DNA of 64,000 bases, taken from the NCBI GenBank assembly GCA_965235115.1, contig OZ249436.1, positions 7,876,001 to 7,940,000 on the forward strand, given 5' to 3'. The DNA is from Laetmonice hystrix (Eukaryota). A program made the translations under genes and the position numbers. Shown here one piece after another: positions 25,701-40,100 of the stretch; position 1 is the stretch's first letter, and each line of letters begins with the position of its first letter. The notes under the pieces were generated by a model that did not search any database, was not told the DNA's origin, and was given only the letters and a program-made list of their open reading frames with translations.

Positions 25701-28207
25701 GCTTTGACCTACTCGCACCTCCACTTCGTACCCCTACCCTTTTAGAAGCCACTCCATTAGGTGCTCAAGGAAAGAATAAATAAGCTTCAGATTCAGTTAC
25801 TGTAAAATGTGGTTTCATTAGAAAGACCGAAATACGGAAATGAGATAAAGAAACAAAACAAAGAAAAAAAAGGAGTATGGGAATTTATATTATCAAGTAA
25901 GTGGGACACAGGGGCCAAAATTTGCTGAAAATTTACCGTCTATTTTTGACCCCCCTTACTATTCCTTCTGAGTCTACACCCGCACTCCCAACGTTTAAAG
26001 TTTACCTTTTATTAATTAGAGCGTGACAAAATGTACAGTGATCAAGATCAATCATCTTGTGGATATAATAACAGTCTTACGGATTATCGTAAATACATGT
26101 TTTTGTTATCATTCCCAATCTTGGTTAGTATAGCAATGTCTTCAGTGAGTTTCCAACTATTCTATCATGAGGTTTGAATATCTTGTTTTATGAAGAACTA
26201 CCAGACGTCATCGTGATTTAGTCCCATGGTGTAATCAAAGTTTGCTAGCAGTAGTGTTGGACGTACACGCTCTCACTGTGGGAAGCCCTGACCAGACCTG
26301 ATGGGGCGGCGACCCTAGAGTCTCCAGCGCCCTACACTCACTCATCCATCCCCTCTCCACCACCGACAACCTCCGGAAATGATAGAGGACGCCGACTCCA
26401 GCGCCCCCTCACGGGAGTAATCTATCAAAACATTTCGGGAGATTTCACAAAGTGTGAAGAATTCTTTGTGTGCAGAGCCTCATTGAAACTGTTGAAGAAC
26501 GCCTCCCTGGGAGCGTGGCCGTACGGCAGCTGCTGCCCCCTAGTGGACGACAACACAAAACGAGGCCGGCGTCGGGTTGCTATGTAAATAACATGCGTGG
26601 CAACCGTCGCGATGACCTTTCTAGGCTGAATCAAAGATAGATGAAGACTGTGGTCTTTATCTGTGGGTCAGGTTACAGAAGGTTCTAGAGAGCCTCACGG
26701 GCAAAGATTTACCGAGAAATCTTTCCCCAGGGCTTTAATAACATGCTAGCACTGCGTCTAGTTGATAATCCTTATCATTAATTTATTCCGCTCTTTAAAT
26801 TTCGACTGGAATGGATTCTCTCCTGTACGCTAGAATAACGTTTAGATATTTGAGGCGAGTGCAGGAACCTTTCAATGCAAACGTTGAGGTGTAGACAGTA
26901 CGACTGGCCATCATTGTATCTGATCCGCTGACGTTCTAGTCCTCAAAGACTATTACGTGTGTATTTCCCTGGCAGAAAGGCGTGCAGAGGAAGTCGTGGA
27001 AAACGTCGATGGTTGTCAAAGTCAGAATGGCCGTGAGATTCAAAAGTGACATCCCTCTTAGTAATGGCAGTTCAGTATTGATATTGTACATACCGGATGA
27101 ACGCACTGAATGGTAAATTCACCCAGACATCATTTTTGACTGCCGAGATGTGGAGAATCTCAATATAGGCTGATGAATCATAGCATTTGGCCGGCTGTTA
27201 GTTTTGACATCCCAGTGATAGCTTGTCCGTCTAGTCTGGCTATCAGAGAGTTGCCACACTGATGGACTACAATCAGCTTCCTGATGCAGTGAACCCAGCC
27301 CACTACCCCGTCCATCCGGTTCATGGGGTTCTAAGTGCAGCACCAATTTTACGTGTGATCACTTGGGCAACGGTGGCAATTATGAGCATTATTACCACAT
27401 GATTGCTGATTCATAACAGCCTAATGCAAATTTCCACCTGATTTGCCATTTATATAATGAGGCAGTACAAATTTGTCCTGTCTGCCTATTGTACGATGAA
27501 ATGTGTGTGACCAGATAGGATTATTGCAGAAAGGATAATAGGCAAAGCACACAAGTGAAGAATTCACTGTGGAGGAAAATACAGAATGTCAAAATATAGT
27601 AATCGATGTGGTAGTATTTGGACTGCTGGTTGAATGCGCCACGTCCACCCATTCAAGATATTTTTCCATCATTCGTAAATATTAGACTATGATTGACGGT
27701 GGTCATACACGCACTTGATGCTGGAGGCTTTCTGCTTTCAGAAAAACGAGCGTGAACAGGGCGGTGTGTAATTGTGTTGGTACAGAGAATGTTGACATGC
27801 GGCATATATTGTGTTCGCCAGAAGACATTAGCCAGGTACATGTAAAAAAACACACAAGTCCTTGCAGGTTCCTCAGGTCTTGGCAACATTTTCATCTGGC
27901 TCTCTGGTGTTGTATAATGTTCGAATAAGATCTGAAGCCAACTTTGCCCGAAGCCGTTGTCAGTGATGATTTTTTTCTGTACATTCCGTCTAACTGTCTT
28001 GAAGCCTTGTCGTCTATCCGTGGCGTCAGGCAAGGCGGTTTGGTCTGGTTCACGTTCCATAGAGTGCTAGTGCCGTTATTCTCTCTGTCTCACTCTCTAT
28101 CTCTATGTTTCTCTATCTCGGTGTCTCTTGGTATATTTTTACGGATTTCGCCTGTATGAAATGCATATATTCCAAGATTTGGCCGAATACCTGCTGGGTC
28201 GCCAAGT

Positions 28208-28496
28208 ACCGGTGTCCCAATTTCAAATTAGCCTCCTGTCAGATTACCGGGGGGTAACCTGAAGCTAGCTTTAAATTACCCCCCGGTAATCTGAAGTTGG
28301 TTTCAGAAAGCCCCTCGGTTAGGGTTAAGGTAAGTTTAGGGTTAGGTCTATTTGAATTAACGCGCGAAACATTTTTTATCCGCAGTTTATTTTTGTAACT
28401 TGAAACTGGGGGAGAGGGTAATTTGAAGCTAGCTTCAGATTACCGGGGGGTAACTTCAATGGGGGGGGGGGGGTAATCTGAAACTGTTACACCGGT
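28208..28496. mobile_element. Non-autonomous TIR element with internal inverted subrepeats and a telomere-like core
   Basis: Ends accggtgtcccaatttcaaattagcc and gggtaatctgaaactgttacaccggt are imperfect inverted repeats. Internal repeats of cagattaccggggggtaac and gaagctagct; core ggttagggttaaggtaagtttagggttagg. Confidence 0.65.
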
Positions 28497-30655
28497 CGTG
28501 AAGTTCAGCTTTAAATGCTATGAGTGGTAGAACCAGCAACATTCACTCACCCACTCACCCCGGTTGATGGCTGGCGCGTTGTTTGGGATAGCAATTATCC
28601 CAGGATCTGCTTGGACCAATTATAAATCGTCCTAGAATGGGTATTCATTTAAATATGACCCACCGGTATTAATAATATCTCATATCATAGAGTACATGGT
28701 AGTTTATATGCTCACATTATATGAAAGATAAATAGATTGTTTAATGATATTACATGATAATTTGATATTACATAAGAGAACAGGTTTCCCTTGGGATAAT
28801 TATTAACTCTCAACTCTGTAAAGGTTGTTTTTCTGACAGTTTTGATGGAATTAAACTGATACAGAGTTTTGAGGTTTTTTGTCTACGAGTAAATCCAGAT
28901 TTTTCTGCAATATTTTCAAAGCCATTAACTCAGTGATGTCTAGCGTAGAAAATGAGTTTTAAAAATTAAAAACTCAAAACTGGTTCAACAACAAACATAA
29001 AGAGCATTGCCCCTTTGTTTGGATCACCAAAAAAGGGCAAAAGAATAGGTCTGACAGATTGTCAGGTGTTTTATGCCTCTAGTGTTCTGTTAACAAACTT
29101 TTGAAAAAGTACTGACTTGAATCGATGATGCTTTGTTATAAAGAGAATAGATCATTCCCGATGTAAAAACACAGTGCTTTGTTTGTTTTCTGATGAAGCA
29201 GTACATTGGGGTTTTTTTTAAATCGGTAAAACATCGCCTTGCAATGAGACGCAGGTAGGCGGGATTGTGAGCAGGTGGCGCCACCTAGGGAGATTACCCC
29301 ACACCTGACCTTGTCCTCAGCCCCATGGTTAGTCACAGGGACGGAATTCAGCAGAGCTAGAACAAAAACTGACCAGTCAGAGCAGGTGGCAAACATCAAA
29401 CGTGCTCGCCATAGTTTGTAGGTGGCGCCTGGACACACCGCTCCCGACCCGACCTCACCTCACCGATGTATGTCCAATGGGGGAATAATGCATTCACATC
29501 TAATGATCCCATTGTTGTATATCAATTGTACCAAGCTTTGCTAAATGGGTATTTCATAGGTGCGTAACCATTATAGCATCATGTTCCTGTCTGAATATAT
29601 ACTGCATAACTTCATTTCCTGAGGCTTGTTTTGTACCGCCTTGTATATCGGAATACGATGACATCGCTCATTGACGTTTTGTAGGGTCAAGTGGTCTATT
29701 TTAGTTCTGAGTATAGGGCCTACACGTATACACTGGGATTACGGGGGGTGCTTTCATGATTAAGACCAGCAGTTACTGTAGGTGCTTATCGAGTCGTGGT
29801 GATCCAGCGTGACACCATTACATAATAAATAGTGTCGTCTGCATAATAATTGGTGCATTTTCTGCTCAGCTGCCCCAATTAGTTCCAGCAGGTGATGTTG
29901 ACATGGGGCAGGGCCATCAGGGGTGACTGGCTGTGCAGGCCGAGTCTGCTGCAACTGTCATAGCTCACAGCTGGAACCAACCCTCTGCAACGACCCAGGC
30001 TCCTGCTGCTAATGTTACTGCTAATGGAGAGGATACGAATGCTAATGTTATCACTGATAGTCTTAAGGTTAATGCTAATGGTGATGATGCTGGTACTAAT
30101 GGTAATTTTATTATAGTAATGTTACTTATGATGTATTATTATGTTGTACGCATTTTCTGTTAGAAATGTCCTTTCATAGGTAACGGGAAACAGTAAACAG
30201 ACTTTGGTGCTCCTGCTAATAGATCATACTAGTGATGATGATAATACAAACAGTTTGGCTAAAATTAATTATGTTAGAGTTCCTGGTAGTTATGTGAATA
30301 TTACTGAGTATGGGAGCACTATTACCAGTGATTTTAATGCGGTTAATGATGATATGGTGATGGTGCCAGTTTGCATGCATCAGAATTAAATTCTGTACTG
30401 ATGCTGGCACCAGTGTGAAGAATGTTCGCTGTGAAGGATGAAGAGGTCCTCGTGTCAATACCAGGAGGTCCTGCTCTGATGCTCATGGTGTTTGTCGTTA
30501 TGTTCGCTAGCATAGAGCCGATGTCATTGTTGGAGCAACTGTACAACCTGCTTGGTAGAAACAGTTGTGATACTCACAATCTTCCGACTACTATAGAGAG
30601 ACGCTGCCGTTCACAACTTGATCGTACATGTCCTTAATTATTATCATTAGGTTAA

Positions 30656-31186
30656 AGGGGCATGCTATGAAACACGTTTTTTTACATTTCCGGCAATTAT
30701 CCAACATGACCGTGTACTAGGGATCTAAGTAAATAATCCTACCAAAGCATTTTGTCCTCCGACGTGTTTTCGCTGCGTATGCAGCACAAGTAGATTCTAT
30801 ACGACCAAACCTATAGATTTCTCCCGATAGCACATCTCCTGCCATTATTTGCTATAGACAACCTCCCATCAACCCGTGTAATTGCATACTGTGTCACATC
30901 CTGCGTGTGTACTCTCTGCATGTGCTTAGTCACGTGCTTCGCTTAGTTGTAAAAAAATTCAGCAGTTGCACTCGATCGTCCGGCATGAGAATGCCACCCA
31001 AAAAATATTTTACAAAATCGGCAGAAAAGCGGGCAAGGGAGCTTCATAAACTTCGACTTCTCACACAAAATGAAACTGATAAGTCTGTCTTTGTTTACCA
31101 AGCAATATTAATGAAGGATCTCTTTATGGAAATAGCAAAGGTTCTTTGAAATACCGATTTTTCACGTTTCCTCATAATATGCCCCT
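30656..31186. mobile_element. Kolobok-like non-autonomous DNA transposon
   Basis: TTAA|AGGGGCATGCTATGA ... TCATAATATGCCCCT|TTAA. A TTAA TSD with purine-purine termini is the Kolobok signature. Confidence 0.75.
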
Positions 31187-34100
31187 TTAAAGTCGCTGTA
31201 GGTCTGAAATATGAGTTGGTGAAGACCGAATCTAGGTACCAGGGCGCGGAAAGTGTAGAAAATATTTGAATTACTTCTGATTCAAATGGCATCCTAATGT
31301 CATCGTATTCGTGTATGGGTGAAAGTGATCTTCGTGCTAGCCCATACTAAGTCATTACAATCTAGATGTAGAACTGATTGCGTTCCCGGTTTCTTTAACT
31401 TAAAAATTAACTTAAAAATACGGCAAAAGACTTTGAAGTGAACCAGTTTTGCCTGCTTGTACTATTGCCACAATGTTGAAAACCTAAGTGCTCATTTTGC
31501 ATAGCTTTAAGAGGGGTAACTTTTTGGATTTAACTTACGTGTTGAACAGCTATGAAGGTGTAATTTTTTGTAGATTAAACAGTCACGTTCACCATCAAAG
31601 GTACTGCAAATGCTGTAGTGATTGACTGACTACTAAAAAAATACTTTTTGAACTGAATAATTGACAGGGATGAAAAGGTATTCTCGACAGCAGTCTATAA
31701 ATAAATTATCTGCAGTCAGTAAGTATGCTAGTATATCAAAGGATGACGAATGGAAATCGGTGAAAATCAAGAGAAAGCTTAAGAACTTCTACAAAGCATC
31801 ATTCCAACTCGGTACATATTATTTATACAACGACTGTAGACCGGAGTTTTATTGGTTCACAAAGTGTCGTTGCCACCTTAAACCTTTCACCCTGTGTCCC
31901 CCTCTTTAATAACATCAACATTTCAGGGCTTAGTCATACTGCATGGATTTTCCCGGCCTTTTAGTTAGGCTACTTATTAGCATGGCCAGAATCAACGTTA
32001 TATCAATTTCCCTGGCGAGGACCAGGCGATTTTTGATTTAATGGTGGAATTTCACTCTGAAAATTTTCCTGGCTGGCCCTCCCAGTTTCTGGAAATGGGT
32101 TCCATCCTTTAAGCTCAAAATCACAGTAAAATAAATGGGTGATGTCAAAATCGCATGGGCGTCGCAAGGAAAATCGCCTTAGTGGATGAGGCCTACGCCG
32201 TTGTAGGTTACGTGACCGTTAACGAGGTCATGTTACGTCCTATATTATTTGTCGCTCATCTCTGACAGACCCAATTGATGCCATTTGACCCTGACATACA
32301 CAATTGCTGTCACCTGACTCGGGCAGACAGAATTTAAGGCATTCAGAACTCTTACAAAGATCTGTTTCATTCCTCTTGTTTCAGCATTTTTGGCCGTACC
32401 TTGACTGAGTACCGTACTAACGTAGTTACAACCCCCATATTGAATGTCCGGGCGGATACCAGGTGGTGGCCAAGGCCAGACATACTACAAGGCATCATTG
32501 TTACTCTCCTTTCATATTCAGTTGTAGGAATATTTAATGGCACTGTCAGAATGACTTGTAGTCGGGTAGACTATTTGCCCTGACACTGCTAGACAGCCTC
32601 ATTTTGATTATCAGACTGTGCCATCTTATCTGTCTCTATAAATTTGTAAAGCTGCAGCTGGTAACCATGACAACTGTCGGGGACTATGCAGCGGAACTAA
32701 CTGTAGGATTGCCTGCATGCTGTAGATATGTGGGACTTATAGAATCGAGATTACTCTGATATTTCTTGTTTGATTATTTTAACAAATGAACGGAAGAGCC
32801 ATAAATAGAACAGGGTAGGGAGCACAAACGTGACACTGATAATTCCATCGTAAGTTTGGTCTCATAAGATTAAGCTTTATTTGTTTCAGGTATAATGATT
32901 GAGAAACTTTTATTTCCGTCAATTTAATACTCTATTATAGCGAATGACCGTTTTTTAACTCTCGTGCTCATACCAACGAGTATGCTCATACTAAAATCAT
33001 TATATTTTGCAGTTCAAGATCTTGAGTTTCGGTTCTATAAGAATAACCTCAATGGTAAAAGAGAATACAACAATAGTCCCAAAATATAGCACATATCTAA
33101 AGTGGCTGTGCTTGGCTGCGCATATTGTTGCATATGTAAAGTCTGTAGAGTATTTTTTATTCTGTGGGCGTCCTCCCAGTATGTTAGCGTGTCAGAGTCA
33201 CAGGTAGTTGACTGGTAATCGGTTGGTAATTAAACGTTTGGTATGTAAGGGCCAGCAGCAGGTGCCCATCCCAGGCCCCCACCAATTGCTTTACTATGTG
33301 TTGTTCGCTCTTCCAGCGGGCGCGTTTTTATCTGGGCAGCATTTGCAGTCATTAAAGTGATATGGAAAGGTTTAAAAAAAGAGAGACTCATTTGCCAATA
33401 AATCCATCAAGATTGATCATTGTATTTTAGCTCTGGCTTCCTGTGAAAATATTTATTATTAATGTGATTTAGATAGATAACTGCTGATGGCAGGATGAGC
33501 CATTAGAATGCAAGCCAATAATGAAGTCGTGTGAGTAATGATTCCTAAGTAGGACTGGTTTATTGTTGCAACTAGGACTGGCTCATAGTCACTAAGACTG
33601 GCTCGTCGTCGTTACAAGGACAGATTCATTGTCGTAATTATAGAACTGGGTCATTATCGTAACTAGTAATGAATCTTTGTCCTAATTAAAGGACTTGGTT
33701 ATTGTCTTAAACACGACTGGCTAATTAATTGTTATAACTATGACTAGACCATTGTAACTAGGACTGGGCCATTAGCGTTAATAGGACTGGGTCACTGACT
33801 GTGTGATATTAATTTTAATTATGTCTGGGTCTTTCATTATGGGCTGCATATCGGAACACAATGGGATGTTACGGACGACAGGCGGTAGCCACGCGGCCGC
33901 CTCTACCCAATTTGAGCGTTCTACGGAGTAGTGTAGAGGGCGGCACAGGAATGAAAAAATGGTCTAGTGTACCCTATCCACTGATCTTCGTACGAGCGTG
34001 GAGGAATGATAATTAGTCTATAAGGAAGTAATAACTGACTAAAGATCATTAAAAATCATGTTGGTAATTCAGGTCATAAACACAGCGAACATCTCCGAGC

Positions 34101-36574
34101 TGTTGTCTACATTTTGTGGAAGTTAACATGAAAAACCGACCTGCCTTGGCAGTTAACGGCAGGGGGACTGGTGATGGAATAATGATTATATCATGTTTGC
34201 TACCAGCATACATGTCGGAAACCACCGTGCTGTAAACAAGCCAATATTTTTTCAGCAAGGAGTCCAAGAAGGTGCCATTTTGAATAAGTTGTTATTGACA
34301 TAGCGGTCCATGTTGCCATGGATTGCCATCCCAAAAGGTCACGTGGTGTATAAGGTGGTTCATATTGTTACGCTTGATGGCTTTATGATGAGGCATAGTT
34401 GGCCACGAGTCTAGCATTACGGTAGTATGTTAGTTTTGTCTGGCCAGTGGTTGAGGTGTACACATACATCAAGCCTGGCACCTCTTGACATTCGGTAATT
34501 ACGATGGCCACCATAGAAGTCGCCCATGTAGGTGACGCTAGCATAAAATCACAATTGCTTTTGCACCATCTGCTTCTCAGTACCCCCTCCCCCACCTTCC
34601 AATGCCGTAATACGCCGTACAAGGGTCAGGATAAAAGCTGGCAAGTAATGAAGCTTGGGATGTGACCTCCTTCCGTCAGCCGAGGTGATCTTTAGCGGCC
34701 ATCATTGTAATCTATAGGTCAGACGGTGACACAGTGTCCAACCGCAGGCGATCTGTCTCATACCGCTCGGCTGTATACATGGTGGCGACCAGGGGTCAGG
34801 TAAAGTGGTTAGGGCTAGCTCTCGGACTACAGCAATACCCAACGACTGCCTCAACACCTTTGTATGGGTCCCAGACGTCTCACTTCTGTCTCCAGTCAAA
34901 GGGAAACATCTAAGCCCCGGTAAATGCAGGGTGCTTCCAGGAAAAGTTAAATTTTATATAAGACTACCTTCACAGAAGTGTTAACATTTTTGAAGCACCT
35001 TGTAGATCGTTGCTTCCCGGAAAAAAACGGTCGTTAGGCTCCCTGAGAGTCCTAGAGAGGCCCTTTTAAAATCCTGAATGATTTCTTGAATTTGAAAAAA
35101 AAAAATCTACCCAAAGCAATGAAGTCGGTCTGCTGTAAAGGTAATATGTACTTTTTGCTGATAGTTCAAAGGCTCGATATATGCAGTTCGCTGCTCAGAT
35201 CTACATGTCTGAGAACACTTCTTAGATCTGCTGATATTCTGTAGATATTTTATTTGATAGGTACAGGCAAAGTGTATGCAACTTTAGATGTAACGGGTCA
35301 GCTTGACGGCATATTGATCAAGTATGGCAAGCTGAGACACAGAAAACGAAATCTGTTTCTTTTCCTAGGCCGTATTTGTCCGTACAATATCCTGGCATTC
35401 TCAGACAGTTTTTGAGTGCACAAACACCAGTCTGGGTTGTTAATAGTGTTAATTCTGACGGGTAACTATATCTGTACTTAAAGCTACAAACTAAGGTACC
35501 TCTAAAATCCAGATGGTTGTTCCTGCTTGCACCTTGTGACAGGATTGACCGCAAAGCGAACATCACCACATAAAGGGCGTTTCTATGGACACGTTTCCGG
35601 TTCCGTTTGCCATATCTGTTGAGCAGTTTGGCACATTTTTTGAGACCCCACCCGCATTCACAGCAGAGTTCCTGAGCCCTGAAACAAGTGATTATTAACA
35701 TGGGGTGTCGTTGTGAAGAAGAATGAATGAGCTTTTCATTGATGTATGATATGATATAACCAGGTCACAAATAACTGAGATATACGTGACTTACAACAAG
35801 TTTCCAAACTTTTTTGAGTAGTTTAAGTTAGGCCAGATTGAATCTGGTAAGCACGACGTTCTCTAAGACTGCCGGGCCAGTATACATGCAGTTATGATGC
35901 CCGCTTGGCGGAAGGCGACACCCAGAACCATAGGTCAATCTAATAGGAGACAGAGGCTGTTACATCAATAGCCCGGGTCACATGTGGATGACGACAGAGC
36001 CAAATGATGGAATATTACTGTTCAGAGGATTGCTCCGCACATGCCGGTGATCTATGGTGTTGGCAAGCCGGCCACCATGGGCATACATTTGGCAGGCGGC
36101 TGCCCTGGTTGGTGAGTGCGTAGACTGACACTGCCTTGTCCGCACTGGGAGAAACTATTAAACAGACATTACGAGTAATATGTCCAATTGATAGGCATAA
36201 TATACCGCAGATTCCTGACTTGTTTTTTTTTTGTAAGAGGGGAGGGAGGAGACATACATATACATATTTGTTTTACGGCCATTTCGTGTCAGGGTAATGG
36301 CATGACCTCGTGTACATGGAAACTATATTAAAAATTCATCGGAATGGATGGTGTTAATAGTTTTTAAGACATGTAAGTCAAGAAAGCGTCGCATTTCTCG
36401 TGTTGCTGTTCCAAAATATGTGCATTTACTTTGTGCATTTAAAAAGAAATTTATATATACACATGTAGTTTTCGGTGCGTAATCAGAAGTACTCAGGGAC
36501 GCATTTTAGACCGGTTTTCGTGCTGCTTTGGAAAGATAACCTTTGTTTTTAACTGCTACTGCACATTTGATCCT

Positions 36575-36714
36575 TATCTGAATATGATTTGGCAGAATAT
36601 ACCAGAGAGTGAACAAATTCAACCTGTCCTATATGGTTTTTATGTATCTGAATATGATATCCCAGAATATACCAGACAGTGAACAAATTCAACCTGTCCT
36701 ATATGGTTTTCATG
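36575..36714. repeat. 70-bp tandem duplication, 2 copies
   Basis: tatctgaatatgat...gtgaacaaattcaacctgtcctatatggtttt at 36575 and 36645. Confidence 0.9.
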
Positions 36715-36725
36715 TCTCTAATTAA

Positions 36726-37186
36726 AGCAAATATGTCACGGGGGTATCGACCGAAATCTTCAGTTTTCTGCTTACCTGCCCACCACTGACGTACTTTATG
36801 GCACTGATTGTTTTTCATATTGATTCTATTAACACATACTACGAGTAAACAGCTGTGAAATTCTCCCTAATGTAGGAAAATTAATAAAACTAGCTGCAGT
36901 GTCCAAAAAGTGCGATGAATCAGCCATCTAAGTAAATAACAAATAAATAACAAATCTAAAAAAAGATAGTGAAGCTATAATGGCCCATCCGCCGATCATG
37001 TGAAAAGGGTGCAAAACACCGCCGGCTGCAAATCTCGGGGTCTCAGATTCCCGCGATTTTTTTACAAAATACCGGCCAAAGCTACATAAACAGGTAGGGG
37101 ACCTTTGGGGCATATCGGAGAACCGCAACGCAGACATATTTTTGCTGAAACACGACGTATTATTTTAAATTGGTGGCATATTACCT
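36726..37186. mobile_element. Kolobok-like non-autonomous DNA transposon
   Basis: TTAA|AGCAAATATGTCAC ... GTGGCATATTACCT|TTAA; imperfect TIRs with a TTAA TSD. Confidence 0.6.
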
Positions 37187-40100
37187 TTAACACAGTTCGG
37201 GTAATTAGAAACCCGAGGTTAAACGTGGAATTCGATCATCAAAGACCTTGGTAGACGAACGCCACGGGCCTGGAGTGACCTTGACGGGTGCGTCAGCTTG
37301 GCCTGGAGCCCGTGTTCTATACATGACCATGTTATGGGTGAATGCATTGAGGCACGACCGGGGGAGGCGTCGTACCCATATGTCGGCTAATCTACAGTTT
37401 ATTTGTGTCGACATCATGCTGTGGTCTGGATGGTGTCTGCAAGCTGCCGCTACTAACTGTCGCCTAGTCCCCCTGGCGGCGAGTGACGGAAGCTATGGTG
37501 GAAGGATTGCCTGGATGTCCGCAGCCCCTGGCATGCACGCCTCCAACATGGTCGGCCCAGCGCGCTCCATTGTCTATAACTACAGCGCCGACATTATGCT
37601 GGCACGGTGTATTGTTTGTAAATGGGCACCAACCCCATGTCGGAGTTCTCACACAACTTGTCACAGTCTGTGACCACGGCTGAGCCGGGCTCCGACCAAT
37701 GAGCTGTCACTGTGCCAAGTCATCCAGACACTCTTTACCGCTCATCCGCGCCAGCCCGGCCGGTGAGGTCACCCAAAACAAAATATCCCAGCCGAGGTGC
37801 AGGTTCGACTTCAACAACTCCGTTCTTATTATGCAGGCACTGCGACCTTTTGTGTCCCCCAAGATTCAAGTTATCAAAGCCAAAATATCTTAGACTGTAT
37901 CTAATACTTCCTATATCTGGATAAGCCCCCCCCCCCCCCCCCACTCACTCACCGGAGGAGATGACTCCTAAAATTGGCTAAATGTACTACTGACATGTGT
38001 GTGAACGGTGACTTCAATTAGCAGTACATCTATTTTGGCATTGGTGATGCTGCGTGCCTGTAGGAAGGGGCCGAGGAATGAATTCAGCTGACACATGTCT
38101 TTTTAATGAACCGTCCATGTAATCTGAAACATCTATATGTCAAGGGAAAATTGTTGTGGTTGATTTATATTCACACAGTCAAACAACGGAGTTTTTGTAC
38201 TTACATTATTACACGTCTGAAAAACGAATGGGACTGGAAAGTGCCTCGGAGCAGTCAGAGCATCTCTAGATGGGAATTAAATTTTCTTGTGACAAAGAGC
38301 CATTGGAAAGTGATATTTTGTATGCAGGGGATGTAAAGTAGGAAGTCCTGGTGAAGAGAGTAGGGGTGGGTCGCTAGGGAGGGGGTCATTAGTCTGGCAA
38401 TGTGACTGCTGCATCTAATGGACAACAGAATTGAAAGTGGCCCTCCCACTGCGCCTTTCTCCTGATTCCTGCCTTCTCATGGGTAATTTTCCACACCAGG
38501 CTTAAACTGGGGCCTATAATGCAAAGAGCATTGTGGCGCTGGTCTGGGGTTGGACATGTGCCTCGAGGGGTGTCGATGTCTGTTACGACTCCCCTAGGGC
38601 TGGCGACGATAAACAGTAGGAGACCTTTGTGACAAAACCCTGAAGCTTTTTTGTCGGTGTTCTGGTTTTTCCTTTAAAAAAAGTCGTTGGCCTGGTGATT
38701 AAAAGTTGATTGACTGATTTTATTGGGCACCAATGAGGTGTGACTGTTGGTGCTTTTGAAATGGCGGCCCAAAAAATGGGGTCATGACTGAAAGCCGTTC
38801 TGTGATTGGCTGATGTTTTATGAGACGTCGCAGTGGTAATGTAAACAAGGTCAATACAGATCAGTGGGGAGCCCGCGTCTCTGTCGTCTGCTTGGAGCTC
38901 TTGCAGGAAGGAGAGAGAAACAGATGGAGGCATGTGCTTCCCGCCAGTTTGGGCCGCACCTGATGCGACGCGACATGTAGAGAAAGTTTGCGCAGGCTGC
39001 AGCCTATCAGGCTACCAGTGGCAGCATTACTAGCCATACAGCATACTGTATCAGCAGCCGTTGGTGTGGCGGCGAGAATCAGCTGTTGGCCTAGTAAGTG
39101 ATAATTAGATGGCGAGGTGTCGGGAAGGCTCGTGATTTATCAGCTCGGGACGTGTAAGCCTTTCTCCCAGCTGTGCCTAGCCGTGCATGACGCGCTAAGA
39201 GGCACACTATCGCACATAATGAGTTGCCTTTGGCTGTACAACTCCAAACAGCATCGGTTACATGGGCTCGCTGCCAACGCAGTCTTTTAGCTGCCAACTG
39301 GCTCCGGATTGGTTTAGAGTCGCTACTGGGGGCGGAGTCTACACAACTCTGGCAGTCATGCCTATGCTAATGAGCTGTCGCCAGGAATAATTGACAGACC
39401 GACATGCGTGCGCTGGGCCTTGGGCTGGCGGATATCTCAGCGGCAAAGGTTGTGACGAGGGGGCCAGCACCACAGCCGTCGAGACGAGTGACTCATTATC
39501 TGTAATCTGCGTATCAAAATAGAGACTGGACGATCAACACCCCTCCCCCCTACTCCCTACATGATGGACTCTTCACTTCTCAGCTCGACATACCTCTCTC
39601 GTCACACCTCACCTGTCACCTGGCTCTTCATCAACACTTCTTATCATCATCGGCACACAGATAAAGACCGACCCAAAAATAGTCATAAAATTCCCCACCT
39701 CCTGGCACACTACAGGATAACAAAAAATGCTCTTGCCATTGCTGCTAAAATAAAGAATCTGAAACATTGTCATTTGATTGCCTAAGTTTATCTCTTTTTG
39801 CATCACGACAGCGGCGGATCTATCAACAGCATACTATCATTCATAATCATCTCGCATGATAAAAACCACGGTTTCAGCTTTAGGCAGGAATAAAGGTGAC
39901 ATTCCATTTTTCTGTCACGATATCACCGTCAATAGTCATGAAAGAAGTTCTATACATAATGCACGAAGTCGTGACCTTGTCTCTGTGCTATGCGTGCGCA
40001 AGTCTTACATCAATTATTTGAGTATAGACGTATTGGTATCGATGCGCAGCTATTGTACTTAACATTCTTGTGCGGCAAGGTCATGTCCTTGTGAATGTGT

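Noticed and set aside
29933..30420. N/D/A-rich ORFs
   Set aside because: Degenerate trinucleotide-like low-complexity sequence (gct/aat/gat) without convincing splice sites or homology.
35136..37190. 2-kb Kolobok element using taaaggtaatatg at 35136 as its left end
   Set aside because: That end has GTAA rather than TTAA; the nearer end at 36722 has an intact TTAA and matching TIR, so it was preferred.
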